Positions 1 through 8,880 of a stretch of 64,000 nucleotides of DNA are shown here, piece by piece; the first letter of the stretch is position 1, and each line of letters starts with the position of its first letter. The stretch comes from a bacterium (lineage in GTDB: Bacteria > SAR324 > XYD2-FULL-50-16): positions 194,265 through 258,264 of the forward strand of contig JAVVEA010000003.1 of assembly GCA_032250835.1 (NCBI GenBank), given 5' to 3'. The notes under the pieces are model-generated. The model ran no database searches. It was not told where the DNA came from and saw nothing but the letters and a program-made list of their open reading frames with translations. The position numbers and the translations under genes were made by a program.

Positions 1-338
1 GGGTCACCACGCAACGCCAACACGTTGTGGATGCCATGGAATTCTAGGGACTTGAGCAGCTCTAAAACCTGATCCTGGCTCAGATGGGCACAGGTAAAGT
101 GCGCCACGCAGGTGGTTTCGGCCAAGTTGGTGATGGCGCTGGCGATTTCCAGACTCTTTTCGGCGGTCGTCCCGCCCGCTCCATAGGTTACCGAGAAAAA
201 GTCGGGCCGTAGGTTTTTTAACTTCGCGATGGTCTGGTATATCTGGCGCAGCCCCGACTCGGTTTTCGGCGGGAATAACTCAAAAGAAACGTGGGTCTGG
301 TAGCGGTACAGATTCCGGATATTGCGTTGGTGCGGCAT
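1..338 (-). CDS. metF: Methylenetetrahydrofolate reductase, N-terminal part (runs off window start)
   Basis: Manual translation from ATG at 338: ...VSFELFPPK...PDFFSVTYGAGG...VAHFTC...NVLALRGD, the characteristic MetF motifs; not in ORF track. Confidence 0.92.
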   Translation of the reverse strand, partial: MPHQRNIRNLYRYQTHVSFELFPPKTESGLRQIYQTIAKLKNLRPDFFSVTYGAGGTTAEKSLEIASAITNLAETTCVAHFTCAHLSQDQVLELLKSLEFHGIHNVLALRGD

Positions 339-407
339 GGATACTTTAGGGTTCAGCGTTGTAGATGGCTGCTATCTTGCCTCAGTAGAGCCGGCTTGTA
401 CAGCCCA

Positions 408-3143
408 TTAAGTAGGACTGTGGTAGGTTCTGAGCTGAGTTAGGGTGTCCGGAAAAAGGGCTTCTAATTGGAGCATAAGATTTTTGACGCTCTGTAGGTC
501 ATTGTCATTGGAGCTTACTTCGATTTCATAACAGACCGCCGCCATCTTTTCGGCCCCTAAGTTGCCCGCCAAGCCGCCTAGTTGGTGGCTCAACCGCATG
601 ATCTCCACTTCCAGGCCCTGGTGTATTGCCTGGCCGATTGCTTCGATCAACTGAGGCACCAAGAGGGCAAATTGGTCGCGCAGCGCTTCGAAAAAGGCAC
701 CGCCCACGTTGAGCCGGGTTTGAACGATCACTTGGTTGACCAACTGGGGATTGCCTATGGGCCGGGCAATCGCTTCTAAGTGCCGCTTCTTCTTTAAGGC
801 CCGCCCCCAGACGGATAGCACCGAACCGACGTCCTTGGGAATGATGGGTTTAGGTAGTAGGTCCCGCATGCCCGCTTTTAAGTAATCTTCGCGGTCCTGG
901 GGCAACAGGTTGGCGGTCATCGCCAAGATAACCGGGCAAGACTCGGGCGGCAACTGGGCCAGGATCTCTTGGGTCGCCTCGATTCCGCCTTTGACGGGCA
1001 TCCGGATGTCCATGAAGATTAGGTCATAGGCGTTGGCCAAGGCTTTTTCAACGCCCAGGGCTCCGTTTTCAGCCAAATCGGCTTGATAGCCATATTTCTC
1101 AAAGATCTTAAGCGCCAACATCTGGTTGATGTGGTTGTCTTCTACCAACAAAATTTTTAGCGGGTAGTTCTGTGCTAGATTAGGCAAACCCCTGGATTCT
1201 TCAAAGTTGGTTTCTCCAAGGGGCTGTCCCAGTAGCGCGGTGAGCAAGGTTTCCTCACGTACCGGCTTGCGTATCAACTGCATCCCAGGGGGCAGATCGG
1301 GGCGCTCTCCTAGGCCCACTAAGGCCAACTGGATCACCTCTGGCGGCAGAGGGGGCAAGTCTTTCAGCCATTCTAAACGGTTTTCGCCTACATAAGGTAC
1401 TTCAACGATCAAGGCGCAAGGCGCGTTGGTGGCGAAGATCCGGGCTAAAGCTTCGGGCGAAGGGGCCGGGATTTGGGTGATTCCATGGGGCGAAAGCAGG
1501 TCGTCTAGGGCCTTTAAATACCGCTCACTGGCGCTCACCACCGCTAGGCGCATTCCTTTGAGGGCACTAAGGTCCGGTAACAGCAATGGGTCGCTGGGCG
1601 ACGCCGCAATCTGGGCGGGCAGCGTAAAGGCGAACTGGGTTCCCTTCCCGGTATCGCTTTCAAGCCAAATCTTTCCACCCATTAATTCCACCAGCCTACG
1701 TGAAATATTCAGGCCCAATCCGGTGCCCCGGTCTTGGTGTCCCACTCCTTGTACAAAGGCCTCAAAGAGATGTTCCCGCTTACTTCGCGGGATGCCGGGG
1801 CCGGTGTCGGCGACCACAAAACGGAGTAAAGTCTGGTCTGGTTCGGTGGGCTCAAGCCACAGCTCCACCCGGACTTCGCCTTTCTCGGTGAACTTGAGGG
1901 AGTTCCCGATTAGGTTGATTAAAATTTGGCGGACCCGGGTTCGGTCTAAAAAGACGGCCCGTGGGATGGCCGGGTCAAAGTGGGTGTATAATTCTATGCG
2001 GGCTTCGCTGGACTTTAGGGCAAAGAGGTCTAGGGTCTCTTCGATCAGTTTGCGCGGTTCGGTGGGGCTGGGGTTGAGCACAAACTTACCGGCTTCGATC
2101 TTCGAGAGGTCTAAAACCTCGTTGATGATCATCAACAGGTAGTCGCCGGAATATAAAATGGTGTCGAGGTATTCGCGTTGGTCCCGGTTTAGCGGCGTGT
2201 CGGCAAGCAAATTGGCCACGCCGATGACCCCCGAAAGGGGCGTGCGGATTTCATGGGACATGCTGGCTAAGAAGGCGGCCTTTGAAGCCGAGGCTTCTTC
2301 GGCGTGGCGGCGGGCCTCTTCGGCTTCTTGGGTGCGGCGGGCGACGGTTTCTTCAAGGTGGTCTAGGTGCTCGGCCAAAGCGGTCTCAACCCTTGAAATC
2401 TGGGCTAAGCCCTTTTGGCTGCGCCAGCTAATCGCCAACAGTACCGCCAAGCCGATCGAGTAAAAAAGCGCATGGGAGGCCTGGTGGTGCTCTACTTGCT
2501 CTTGCTCTAGTTCCAAGTAACGCTCCATAGGCACCGACACGGTGATGCCGCCGCGTATATCGCCTAATTTATAGCCCTGTTGTGCATGGCAAGTGAGGCA
2601 GCCCGACTCGGTTACCAGGGGACGCATCATCCGTAAAAAAGGCTTGCCCTGGATTTCGCTGAGTTCCTTGGCTTCGGTAACCCCTTGCTCAAAACTCTCT
2701 AAGGCCTTTCGCTCCCATGGGTCAGGTGTATTCTTGGGGTTGATCGGCTTGAGGCTGGTGATACGCCCATAAACACCGTACATCTCCGAGTAACGTTCCA
2801 ATAGTTGACGGAAAGCGTAGGCCGGATTGAGCAGGGTCAACTGGCGGCCTGAGGGCGTTAGTATATCGCGTTCGGGGACTTTAAGGTAGGGGTTGGGCGG
2901 CGTCGCATCGGTAACGGGGACATAGACCCCGCCATGGCTAGCGGCCCAACTGCGAAAAGCTAAGTCTTTGTAAAAGGCGGCCCTGGCGGCGTTGAGGGTT
3001 ATTTCGCGGGTAACTCTGCGTTCATGGGACACATTGACCCAATAGGAGGCTACGACGGCACCGGTCCATCCGAGCAACGCCAAAAAAGCATAGAGCCAAA
3101 GACGCCAGAGTCTTTGTTGGTAATGTTGCCGCGGGTCCGCCAT
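408..3143 (-). CDS. Hybrid sensor histidine kinase with periplasmic heme-c (DUF3365/Tll0287-like) sensor, HisKA, HATPase, receiver and Hpt domains
   Basis: Two TM segments flank a domain with CLTCH; FLASMSHEIRTP H-box; N/G boxes (NLIGNSLKFT, DTGPGI, GTGLGL); receiver DLIFMDIRMP; C-terminal Hpt SHQLGG. Confidence 0.92.
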   Translation of the reverse strand: MADPRQHYQQRLWRLWLYAFLALLGWTGAVVASYWVNVSHERRVTREITLNAARAAFYKDLAFRSWAASHGGVYVPVTDATPPNPYLKVPERDILTPSGRQLTLLNPAYAFRQLLERYSEMYGVYGRITSLKPINPKNTPDPWERKALESFEQGVTEAKELSEIQGKPFLRMMRPLVTESGCLTCHAQQGYKLGDIRGGITVSVPMERYLELEQEQVEHHQASHALFYSIGLAVLLAISWRSQKGLAQISRVETALAEHLDHLEETVARRTQEAEEARRHAEEASASKAAFLASMSHEIRTPLSGVIGVANLLADTPLNRDQREYLDTILYSGDYLLMIINEVLDLSKIEAGKFVLNPSPTEPRKLIEETLDLFALKSSEARIELYTHFDPAIPRAVFLDRTRVRQILINLIGNSLKFTEKGEVRVELWLEPTEPDQTLLRFVVADTGPGIPRSKREHLFEAFVQGVGHQDRGTGLGLNISRRLVELMGGKIWLESDTGKGTQFAFTLPAQIAASPSDPLLLPDLSALKGMRLAVVSASERYLKALDDLLSPHGITQIPAPSPEALARIFATNAPCALIVEVPYVGENRLEWLKDLPPLPPEVIQLALVGLGERPDLPPGMQLIRKPVREETLLTALLGQPLGETNFEESRGLPNLAQNYPLKILLVEDNHINQMLALKIFEKYGYQADLAENGALGVEKALANAYDLIFMDIRMPVKGGIEATQEILAQLPPESCPVILAMTANLLPQDREDYLKAGMRDLLPKPIIPKDVGSVLSVWGRALKKKRHLEAIARPIGNPQLVNQVIVQTRLNVGGAFFEALRDQFALLVPQLIEAIGQAIHQGLEVEIMRLSHQLGGLAGNLGAEKMAAVCYEIEVSSNDNDLQSVKNLMLQLEALFPDTLTQLRTYHSPT

Positions 3144-3170
3144 AGGTTCCCCTGGGGGGCTGAAGACGGA

Positions 3171-3509
3171 TTAGGGCTGTTCGGTTGCTAGACAGCGACC
3201 AATTGAGCCTTTTTTGCAAATCGTCACTCCATCAACCCATAGAGCTCCCGTCAAGTCCGCACCTTTGAGGGACACACCGCTGAGGTTGGCTTTATACAAG
3301 GTTGCCCCTCTAAGATTGGCGTTGTCCAGCCTGGAGCCTTGAAGGTTGGCCTCAGTCATGTCGAGGTTTTGAAGGTCAACGCCTACTAGGTAGCAGTTTA
3401 CACAACGGTTTAAAATACGAATTTCTTCAAGGGGTTCGTAGGCCCAGGCAGGAGTCGTGATGATCCAGGCCAGTAATAGGCCGAGCATCCCTTTGTTGAA
3501 CAAATTCAT
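3171..3509 (-). CDS. Exported pentapeptide-repeat protein
   Basis: Signal peptide (…PAWA), CVNC, repeats ANLQG/SRLDN/ANLRG/ATLYK/ANLSG. Confidence 0.85.
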   Translation of the reverse strand: MNLFNKGMLGLLLAWIITTPAWAYEPLEEIRILNRCVNCYLVGVDLQNLDMTEANLQGSRLDNANLRGATLYKANLSGVSLKGADLTGALWVDGVTICKKGSIGRCLATEQP

Positions 3510-3526
3510 AGGTTGCTGGGTGTAAG

Positions 3527-3625
3527 TCAGAGGTATTCGGTTTGTTGGGCTTCAAGGAGTTGAAGCGTAAAGGCGACCAGAAAGAAGGGTACTGAAATAA
3601 CAAAAAACAATGTCTGACTGATCAT
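3527..3625 (-). CDS. Putative 32-aa small membrane protein (MISQTLFFVISVPFFLVAFTLQLLEAQQTEYL)
   Basis: Manual translation; GGAGG SD (cctcc 3631-3635) just upstream of ATG; one hydrophobic stretch. Confidence 0.45.
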   Translation of the reverse strand: MISQTLFFVISVPFFLVAFTLQLLEAQQTEYL

Positions 3626-3723
3626 GTATTCCTCCAAATAGGATTCCGCAAATATTAAGGCTTATCAGGCCTTCGCGGGAAATAGTTGTGTCTACATTAA
3701 CAATCTTTCATGTCAAATGCACG

Positions 3724-3760
3724 AAAAAAAAGCCGTACAAATTGGGAATCTGTACGGCTT
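3724..3760 (-). terminator. Rho-independent terminator after cytochrome c gene
   Basis: AAGCCGTACA/TGTACGGCTT stem followed by a T run on the minus strand. Confidence 0.75.
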
Positions 3761-3778
3761 CTTCTTGCGTAGCGGAAC

Positions 3779-4402
3779 TTACTTTACATTGCTTAGATAA
3801 ATGGCAATGGCGTGTAAGTCTTTTTCGGTCAACTTCTCACCCTGGAATTGCTCGCGCATCTTCAAGGCGTGGTTGTTGGTCCGTACTCCTTCCAAAATGC
3901 GCTTCATCTGCCAGAACAGATAGTCGGCATGCTGGCCGTTTAACTTGGGGTAGGCCAAGAACTTCGGATCGTCGCCTTTGCCTTTACCGCCAGCACCGTG
4001 GCACTGAGTGCAGCCCAGGTTTTTAAAGAGCGCCTCCCCTTTGGCTACGTCTGCGGCAGAGCCGCTAGGAGTCACCACGCGGGGCAGGCCCGAAAGATAT
4101 TCGGCGATAGAGTCGATATCTTGGGGGGTGAAGTCTTTAAGCTTCGGGTGGTTTTTCATCAGCGGAGTAGAGCCTAGTTCGCGCTTACCGTAGATGATCG
4201 CGTTGAACTGATTGATCAGGTACAGCTTGTTTTGCCCGGCCAAGTGGGGATACTGCGGGGTTTTAGAAGCCCCAGCGGGGCCGTGGCAGGCCACGCACAA
4301 CTTTTCTTTGAAAAGGGTCTTGCCGTCTTTTGCCCAAACGAGTGAGCTGGCCGAAAAGACCGCGAAAGCCAGCGTCAGCCCATAGATCAACGCTTTTTTC
4401 AT
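3779..4402 (-). CDS. Periplasmic diheme cytochrome c (c4/c553 type)
   Basis: Signal peptide; CVACH and CTQCH heme motifs, each followed by YPxLxGQ and a distal Met. Confidence 0.92.
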   Translation of the reverse strand: MKKALIYGLTLAFAVFSASSLVWAKDGKTLFKEKLCVACHGPAGASKTPQYPHLAGQNKLYLINQFNAIIYGKRELGSTPLMKNHPKLKDFTPQDIDSIAEYLSGLPRVVTPSGSAADVAKGEALFKNLGCTQCHGAGGKGKGDDPKFLAYPKLNGQHADYLFWQMKRILEGVRTNNHALKMREQFQGEKLTEKDLHAIAIYLSNVK

Positions 4403-4687
4403 AAGAGTACCTCAGAGCGCTTGTAAAATTGGATTCGGTCAAACAGGATAAAAGAGGCCGAGGCGATACCCTCTTAATTCATTGCCTAAGGCACAGCCTC
4501 AATGGAGTTCGGTTATACTGAAAATAATCGACAAAACCAAGTCTTTTGGAAAAGCTTTTTAAAAAAGATGGCAGTTTCCGGAAAGGGGTTTTCTCAGTAT
4601 GCTGAAACCACTAAACACTTTTTATTTCCGGTGGGGCGGTATTGTAATTTCGGTATATATCAACACTGTAATCACAAGGGAGTGGCC

Positions 4688-5161
4688 ATGGGCTTCAAAC
4701 GAACGTTCAGCAGCGTGATTTTGATTTTCGGTTTGGTCGGTGGCCTTTGGGCTGCGGGCCTGAGCCTAGATCTTGCCCAAATGGGCTTGAGTGACCAATG
4801 GGACCAGCCCTTGGCCAATCCCAGCGAAGTCCGCTGGCTCTTAGTTAGCGGAGACAAAGCCGCCCACTCGGAGGTGCATGAGTATTTTAATGAGCAAGGG
4901 GCCGATTGGCTGCAACGCCAGGGGTTGGTTTATTTAAGTGATATTAGCGCAATGCCCAGTCTGATCACCAAGATGTTTGCCCTGCCGAAGATGCGCAAAT
5001 ACCAATACCCTCTTTACTTAGACCGCAGCGGAGAGCAGGTAGGACCGATCCAGCCGCCCCAGGGCAAGTTGCTGCTGGTGGAACTGGCTAACGGGCAGGC
5101 ACAGTCGGACCGGCTGGTTTCTAGTTTAAAGGAACTGCTCAGCGCGCTGGAGAGCCCATGA
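4688..5161 (+). CDS. Exported thioredoxin-fold-like hypothetical protein
   Basis: ATG at 4688 after GGAG; N-terminal signal; DQWDQ and SDISAMPSLITKMFALPKMR segments resemble a widespread uncharacterised family. Confidence 0.6.
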   Translation: MGFKRTFSSVILIFGLVGGLWAAGLSLDLAQMGLSDQWDQPLANPSEVRWLLVSGDKAAHSEVHEYFNEQGADWLQRQGLVYLSDISAMPSLITKMFALPKMRKYQYPLYLDRSGEQVGPIQPPQGKLLLVELANGQAQSDRLVSSLKELLSALESP

Positions 5162-5820
5162 GCCGCTTTAAGGCCCTAATCTTCGATCTCGATGGGACCC
5201 TGCTTGATTCCCTTGAAGACCTTGCTTCGGCCACCAACCGGATGTTAGAGCGTCAGGGCTTTATGCCCCACCCGGTTGCTGCCTACCGGCAGTTTGTCGG
5301 TGAGGGAGCCCGGCATTTGGTAATTTCTGCCCTGCCGGTCGGAACCAGCGAGGCACAGATCGAGGTTTGTTTGGAAGATTTCCGCCGGGACTATGAAAAA
5401 AATTGCCATATAGATTCTGGTCTTTATCCGGGTGTTGAAGCCATGCTTGGTGACTTAGAACAAATGGGTCTACCCAAGGGCATTCTTTCGAACAAGCCCC
5501 ATGAGATCACTTGCGATTGTGTGGGCCACTTTTTGCAAAACTATTCTTTTGCGCCCCTTTGGGGGCACCGGGAAGGAAAACCGCGTAAGCCAGACCCTAC
5601 CTCGGCCCTTGAAATGGCAGAGCAAATGGGGGTCGATCCGGTCGATGTGTTGTATCTGGGGGATACGGCAATTGACATGAAAACGGCGGTGGCGGCGGGA
5701 TTTTTTCCTATGGGCGTTTCCTGGGGTTTTCGGCCGAGTGAATTGATCGAAGCCGGAGCCCGTAAGGTCATTGACCATCCTGGGGAATTAGCGGAGTTCC
5801 TAAAGACTCCCATTGGCTGA
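5158..5820 (+). CDS. HAD-family hydrolase (phosphoglycolate phosphatase-like)
   Basis: FDLDGTL motif I, SNK motif II, KPDP, GDTAID motif IV. Confidence 0.9.
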   Translation: MSRFKALIFDLDGTLLDSLEDLASATNRMLERQGFMPHPVAAYRQFVGEGARHLVISALPVGTSEAQIEVCLEDFRRDYEKNCHIDSGLYPGVEAMLGDLEQMGLPKGILSNKPHEITCDCVGHFLQNYSFAPLWGHREGKPRKPDPTSALEMAEQMGVDPVDVLYLGDTAIDMKTAVAAGFFPMGVSWGFRPSELIEAGARKVIDHPGELAEFLKTPIG

Positions 5821-5847
5821 GAACCATAATTATTTGAATGAGAGACC

Positions 5848-6087
5848 ATGAAACGACTGATCTACCTGATGCTTCCTGCGCTGCTTTTAGCTGCGAGCCC
5901 GGCCTTTGCCGTTATTTTGGACGAAGCACCGCGCAACAAAGCAGTGGCCTTTAAGAAGCAATACAACTGCACCGATGGCGAATGGCGTCAGGTCACTCGT
6001 CAGGTAACCAACCACAAAGGTCTGACCGAGCGCTATGTGGGCTACAAGTGCGTTAGAGCTGGCGACCGCAACAGCCAGGGCAGGTAA
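5848..6087 (+). CDS. Small secreted hypothetical protein with Cys pair
   Basis: Signal peptide ending AFA; 79 aa; two Cys. Confidence 0.65.
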   Translation: MKRLIYLMLPALLLAASPAFAVILDEAPRNKAVAFKKQYNCTDGEWRQVTRQVTNHKGLTERYVGYKCVRAGDRNSQGR

Positions 6088-6165
6088 GGTGCTAGTTCCG
6101 GGGAGGGCATAGACAAGCTAAAGGGCTTGGGCTATGTTTTTTTAAACCCCTGCTTCAAGGACTAG

Positions 6166-7107
6166 ATGAACCAGCCCCGAGCCATTGTGCTGGGCATGGG
6201 CTCCATTGGACGCCGCCATGCCCGCCTGCTCGCCGAGATGTCGATCCCTTTGGCCGCCGTCAGTGCGTACCCACAAGAGGGGATCCCCACCTATGATGAC
6301 CTGAATCAAGCGGTTCCTGATTTTGAGCCCACCCATGTGGTGGTGGCCAACCCGACGTCCATGCATCTGGGCTCCATCGAGTGGTTGGCGAGGTTGGGTT
6401 TTACCGGCAAAATGCTGGTAGAAAAACCGCTCTTTGACGGTCTTGGCTCGCCGAGTGGCGTGGACCGGACCCAGATCCAGGTGGCCTACAATCTCCGCTT
6501 CCATCCGCTACTCCAAAAACTTAAAAAACGCCTCCAAGGCCGCCGCGTGTTAACTGTCCAGGCTTACGTTGGGCAGTATTTGCCTACCTGGCGGCCCGAA
6601 CGACCCTACCAAGAAAGTTATTCTTCGAAGCGTATGATGGGCGGCGGGGCGTTGCGCGACTTGAGCCATGAGTTAGACTACCTGAATTGGCTCTTTGGCC
6701 CCTGGGTTGCGCTCAGCGCGCTGGGCGGCAAGATCAGCGATTTGGAGATCGACAGCGACGACCATTTTTGCCTGCTTTACCAAACGACTAAGGATGTCCG
6801 GGTAGGCCTAGAGGTCAACTATTTGGACCGCCGCACCAGCCGCCGCCTGAACGTCAACTGTGCCGATACCAGCTTTTATCTGGATTTTATCAGTGGCACC
6901 TTGAGCGAAGGGGATCAGGTCGAACAAGTCACCTTGGAGCGGGACCAGATGTATAAAGAGCAACTGCGGTGCTTTTTAGGACAAAATCCCGGCGATGCTT
7001 GTGATTATTTGCAGGCTATGGAGGTGATTGAAACCTTCGCCGCCGCCGAAGCGGCTAGCCGGCCGCCCTTTCGTTGGATCACCCGTAACTTGGAGAGCGA
7101 CCTTTGA
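6166..7107 (+). CDS. Gfo/Idh/MocA oxidoreductase (PtmF-like, nonulosonate pathway associated)
   Basis: GMGSIGRRH, VEKP, YNLRFHP, GGGALRDLSHELDY; overlaps next gene. Confidence 0.85.
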   Translation: MNQPRAIVLGMGSIGRRHARLLAEMSIPLAAVSAYPQEGIPTYDDLNQAVPDFEPTHVVVANPTSMHLGSIEWLARLGFTGKMLVEKPLFDGLGSPSGVDRTQIQVAYNLRFHPLLQKLKKRLQGRRVLTVQAYVGQYLPTWRPERPYQESYSSKRMMGGGALRDLSHELDYLNWLFGPWVALSALGGKISDLEIDSDDHFCLLYQTTKDVRVGLEVNYLDRRTSRRLNVNCADTSFYLDFISGTLSEGDQVEQVTLERDQMYKEQLRCFLGQNPGDACDYLQAMEVIETFAAAEAASRPPFRWITRNLESDL

Positions 7108-7811
7108 AACGACTCTGCACCCTCTCGGCCCGTGGCGGTTCTAAAGGCGTCAAAAATAAAAACCTGCGCCTCTTGGGCGATAAGCCTCTACTGGCCCACA
7201 GCATCCTTCAGGCCCGCGAGTCGGGACTTTTTGACCTCATCGCCATCAACAGCGACTCAGAAGATATCTTGCAAGTCGGGCGGGATTTTGGTGCCGACTA
7301 CTGCCTGCGCCGCCCCGACGAACTAGCGACCGACCTTGCCGCCAAACTCCCGGCGATCCAGTGGGGGGCGCAGGAGGTGGAACGCTTAAGCGGCCTGACC
7401 TTTGATACCTTCGTAGACCTCGACGCCACCAGTCCCTTGCGCTTGCCCAGCGACATCATCGGGGCCGTTGAATTATTAGAAAGCCAGGGGGCTGATAACG
7501 TGATCACCGGCTGTCCTGCCAGGCGCTCTCCCTATTTTAACTTAGTCGAAACCGACGATTCGGGCCGGGCCAGCTTGTCGAAGCAATTGCCCCAAGCGGT
7601 GGTGCGGCGTCAAGACGCCCCGAAGTGTTTTGACATGAACGCCTCCATTTATGTTTGGCGGCGTGAGTCTTTTTACGGGTCCCAGCGTATTTTTATGGAA
7701 AAGACCCTGCTTTTTGAAATGCCCGAAGAACGCAGTCCTGACATTGATAGTGAGTTAGACTGGGAAATCGTTCAGTTTTTGTATCTAAGATCAAATACCT
7801 CTAAGACGTAG
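7104..7811 (+). CDS. Acylneuraminate/nonulosonate cytidylyltransferase (NeuA/PtmB/LegF family)
   Basis: ARGGSKGVKNKN, TSPLR, RRQDAP, MNASIY, DIDSELD motifs. Confidence 0.92.
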   Translation: MKRLCTLSARGGSKGVKNKNLRLLGDKPLLAHSILQARESGLFDLIAINSDSEDILQVGRDFGADYCLRRPDELATDLAAKLPAIQWGAQEVERLSGLTFDTFVDLDATSPLRLPSDIIGAVELLESQGADNVITGCPARRSPYFNLVETDDSGRASLSKQLPQAVVRRQDAPKCFDMNASIYVWRRESFYGSQRIFMEKTLLFEMPEERSPDIDSELDWEIVQFLYLRSNTSKT

Positions 7812-7946
7812 TCCTAGGGCCTTTTTAGGAAAGAGAATTTATGGTGAAAAAGGGGACTGGAACTTTGCTATGGATTGCGCTATCCTTTGAGTCCAAAACC
7901 CGATTCTCAAGGGTTGGAATTTTAGCCAGACAGCAGCGAGCAACTG

Positions 7947-8597
7947 ATGATCAAAATCCTGTTAGCCGACGACCATAAAATCATGCGCGATGGCATGACC
8001 CTACTGATGCAACGCGAGGGTGACCTAGAAGTGGTCGCCGAAGCGGACGATGGGGAAGAAGCGGTCCGCTTGGCTTACCAAACCCGCCCCGATGTGGTGT
8101 TGATGGACATCAACATGCCCGGCATGGACGGAATTGAAGCAACCCGTAAGATTTTGGCCGAACTACCCGAAGCCCGTGTGATCGCCCTAACCAGCCACAC
8201 CGAAGGCAAAATGGTGCAGGAGATGTTCCGCGCCGGGGCACTGGCCTTTTTAGGCAAAAACTGCTCGAACCAAGAGATTTTAGATGCCGTACGCTCGGTG
8301 ATGACCGAGAAGTATTACATCAGCGAGGAGATGACCGGGAAGGTGATCGAAGACTTTGTGTTGCAACACATCCCGCAGATCACCGAAGTGAGCGACAAAC
8401 TGACGAACCGCGAAAAAGAAGTGCTGCGCATGATCGCCGAGGGATTTTCCACCAAGAAAATCGCCGAGACACTTAACTTAAGCAGCAAAACCGTCGGTGC
8501 CCACCGCGAAAACCTGATGAAGAAATTAGACCTACACAACGTAGCCCAGCTAACCCGCTACGCCATCCAAAAAGGCCTGATCTCGCTGCATCCTTAA
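7947..8597 (+). CDS. NarL/LuxR-family response regulator
   Basis: Receiver (LADDH, DVVLMDINMP) plus LuxR HTH (LTNREKEVL…KTVGAHRENLMKKL). Confidence 0.95.
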   Translation: MIKILLADDHKIMRDGMTLLMQREGDLEVVAEADDGEEAVRLAYQTRPDVVLMDINMPGMDGIEATRKILAELPEARVIALTSHTEGKMVQEMFRAGALAFLGKNCSNQEILDAVRSVMTEKYYISEEMTGKVIEDFVLQHIPQITEVSDKLTNREKEVLRMIAEGFSTKKIAETLNLSSKTVGAHRENLMKKLDLHNVAQLTRYAIQKGLISLHP

Positions 8598-8880
8598 AAA
8601 ACGCCCTGCGTTTTCCTCGGCCAGGGGCTCCGCCGGTGCCCCTACCAGCCTCCTTCGGCCTATCCCTAGGCCACTCGTTCCCTAAAATAGAAAAACATTG
8701 TGGCCACCAAGGGGCACTTGCTTCTGTGGCTTTGCGGTGCGCCTGAGGTTTCTCTAGACGGCCCTTTGTTGAGCTCATCTCAAGTTCAACGCTCTGATTC
8801 GACTTGGAACTCTTGGGTTTCCATAGTAGCTTATTTTTCAGATGAATAGAGGCTTCAACACACCCAGCACTCAACCTCCT

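Noticed and set aside
1426-2142. 238-aa plus-strand ORF
   Set aside because: Antisense to the conserved kinase core; Ser/Arg-rich shadow
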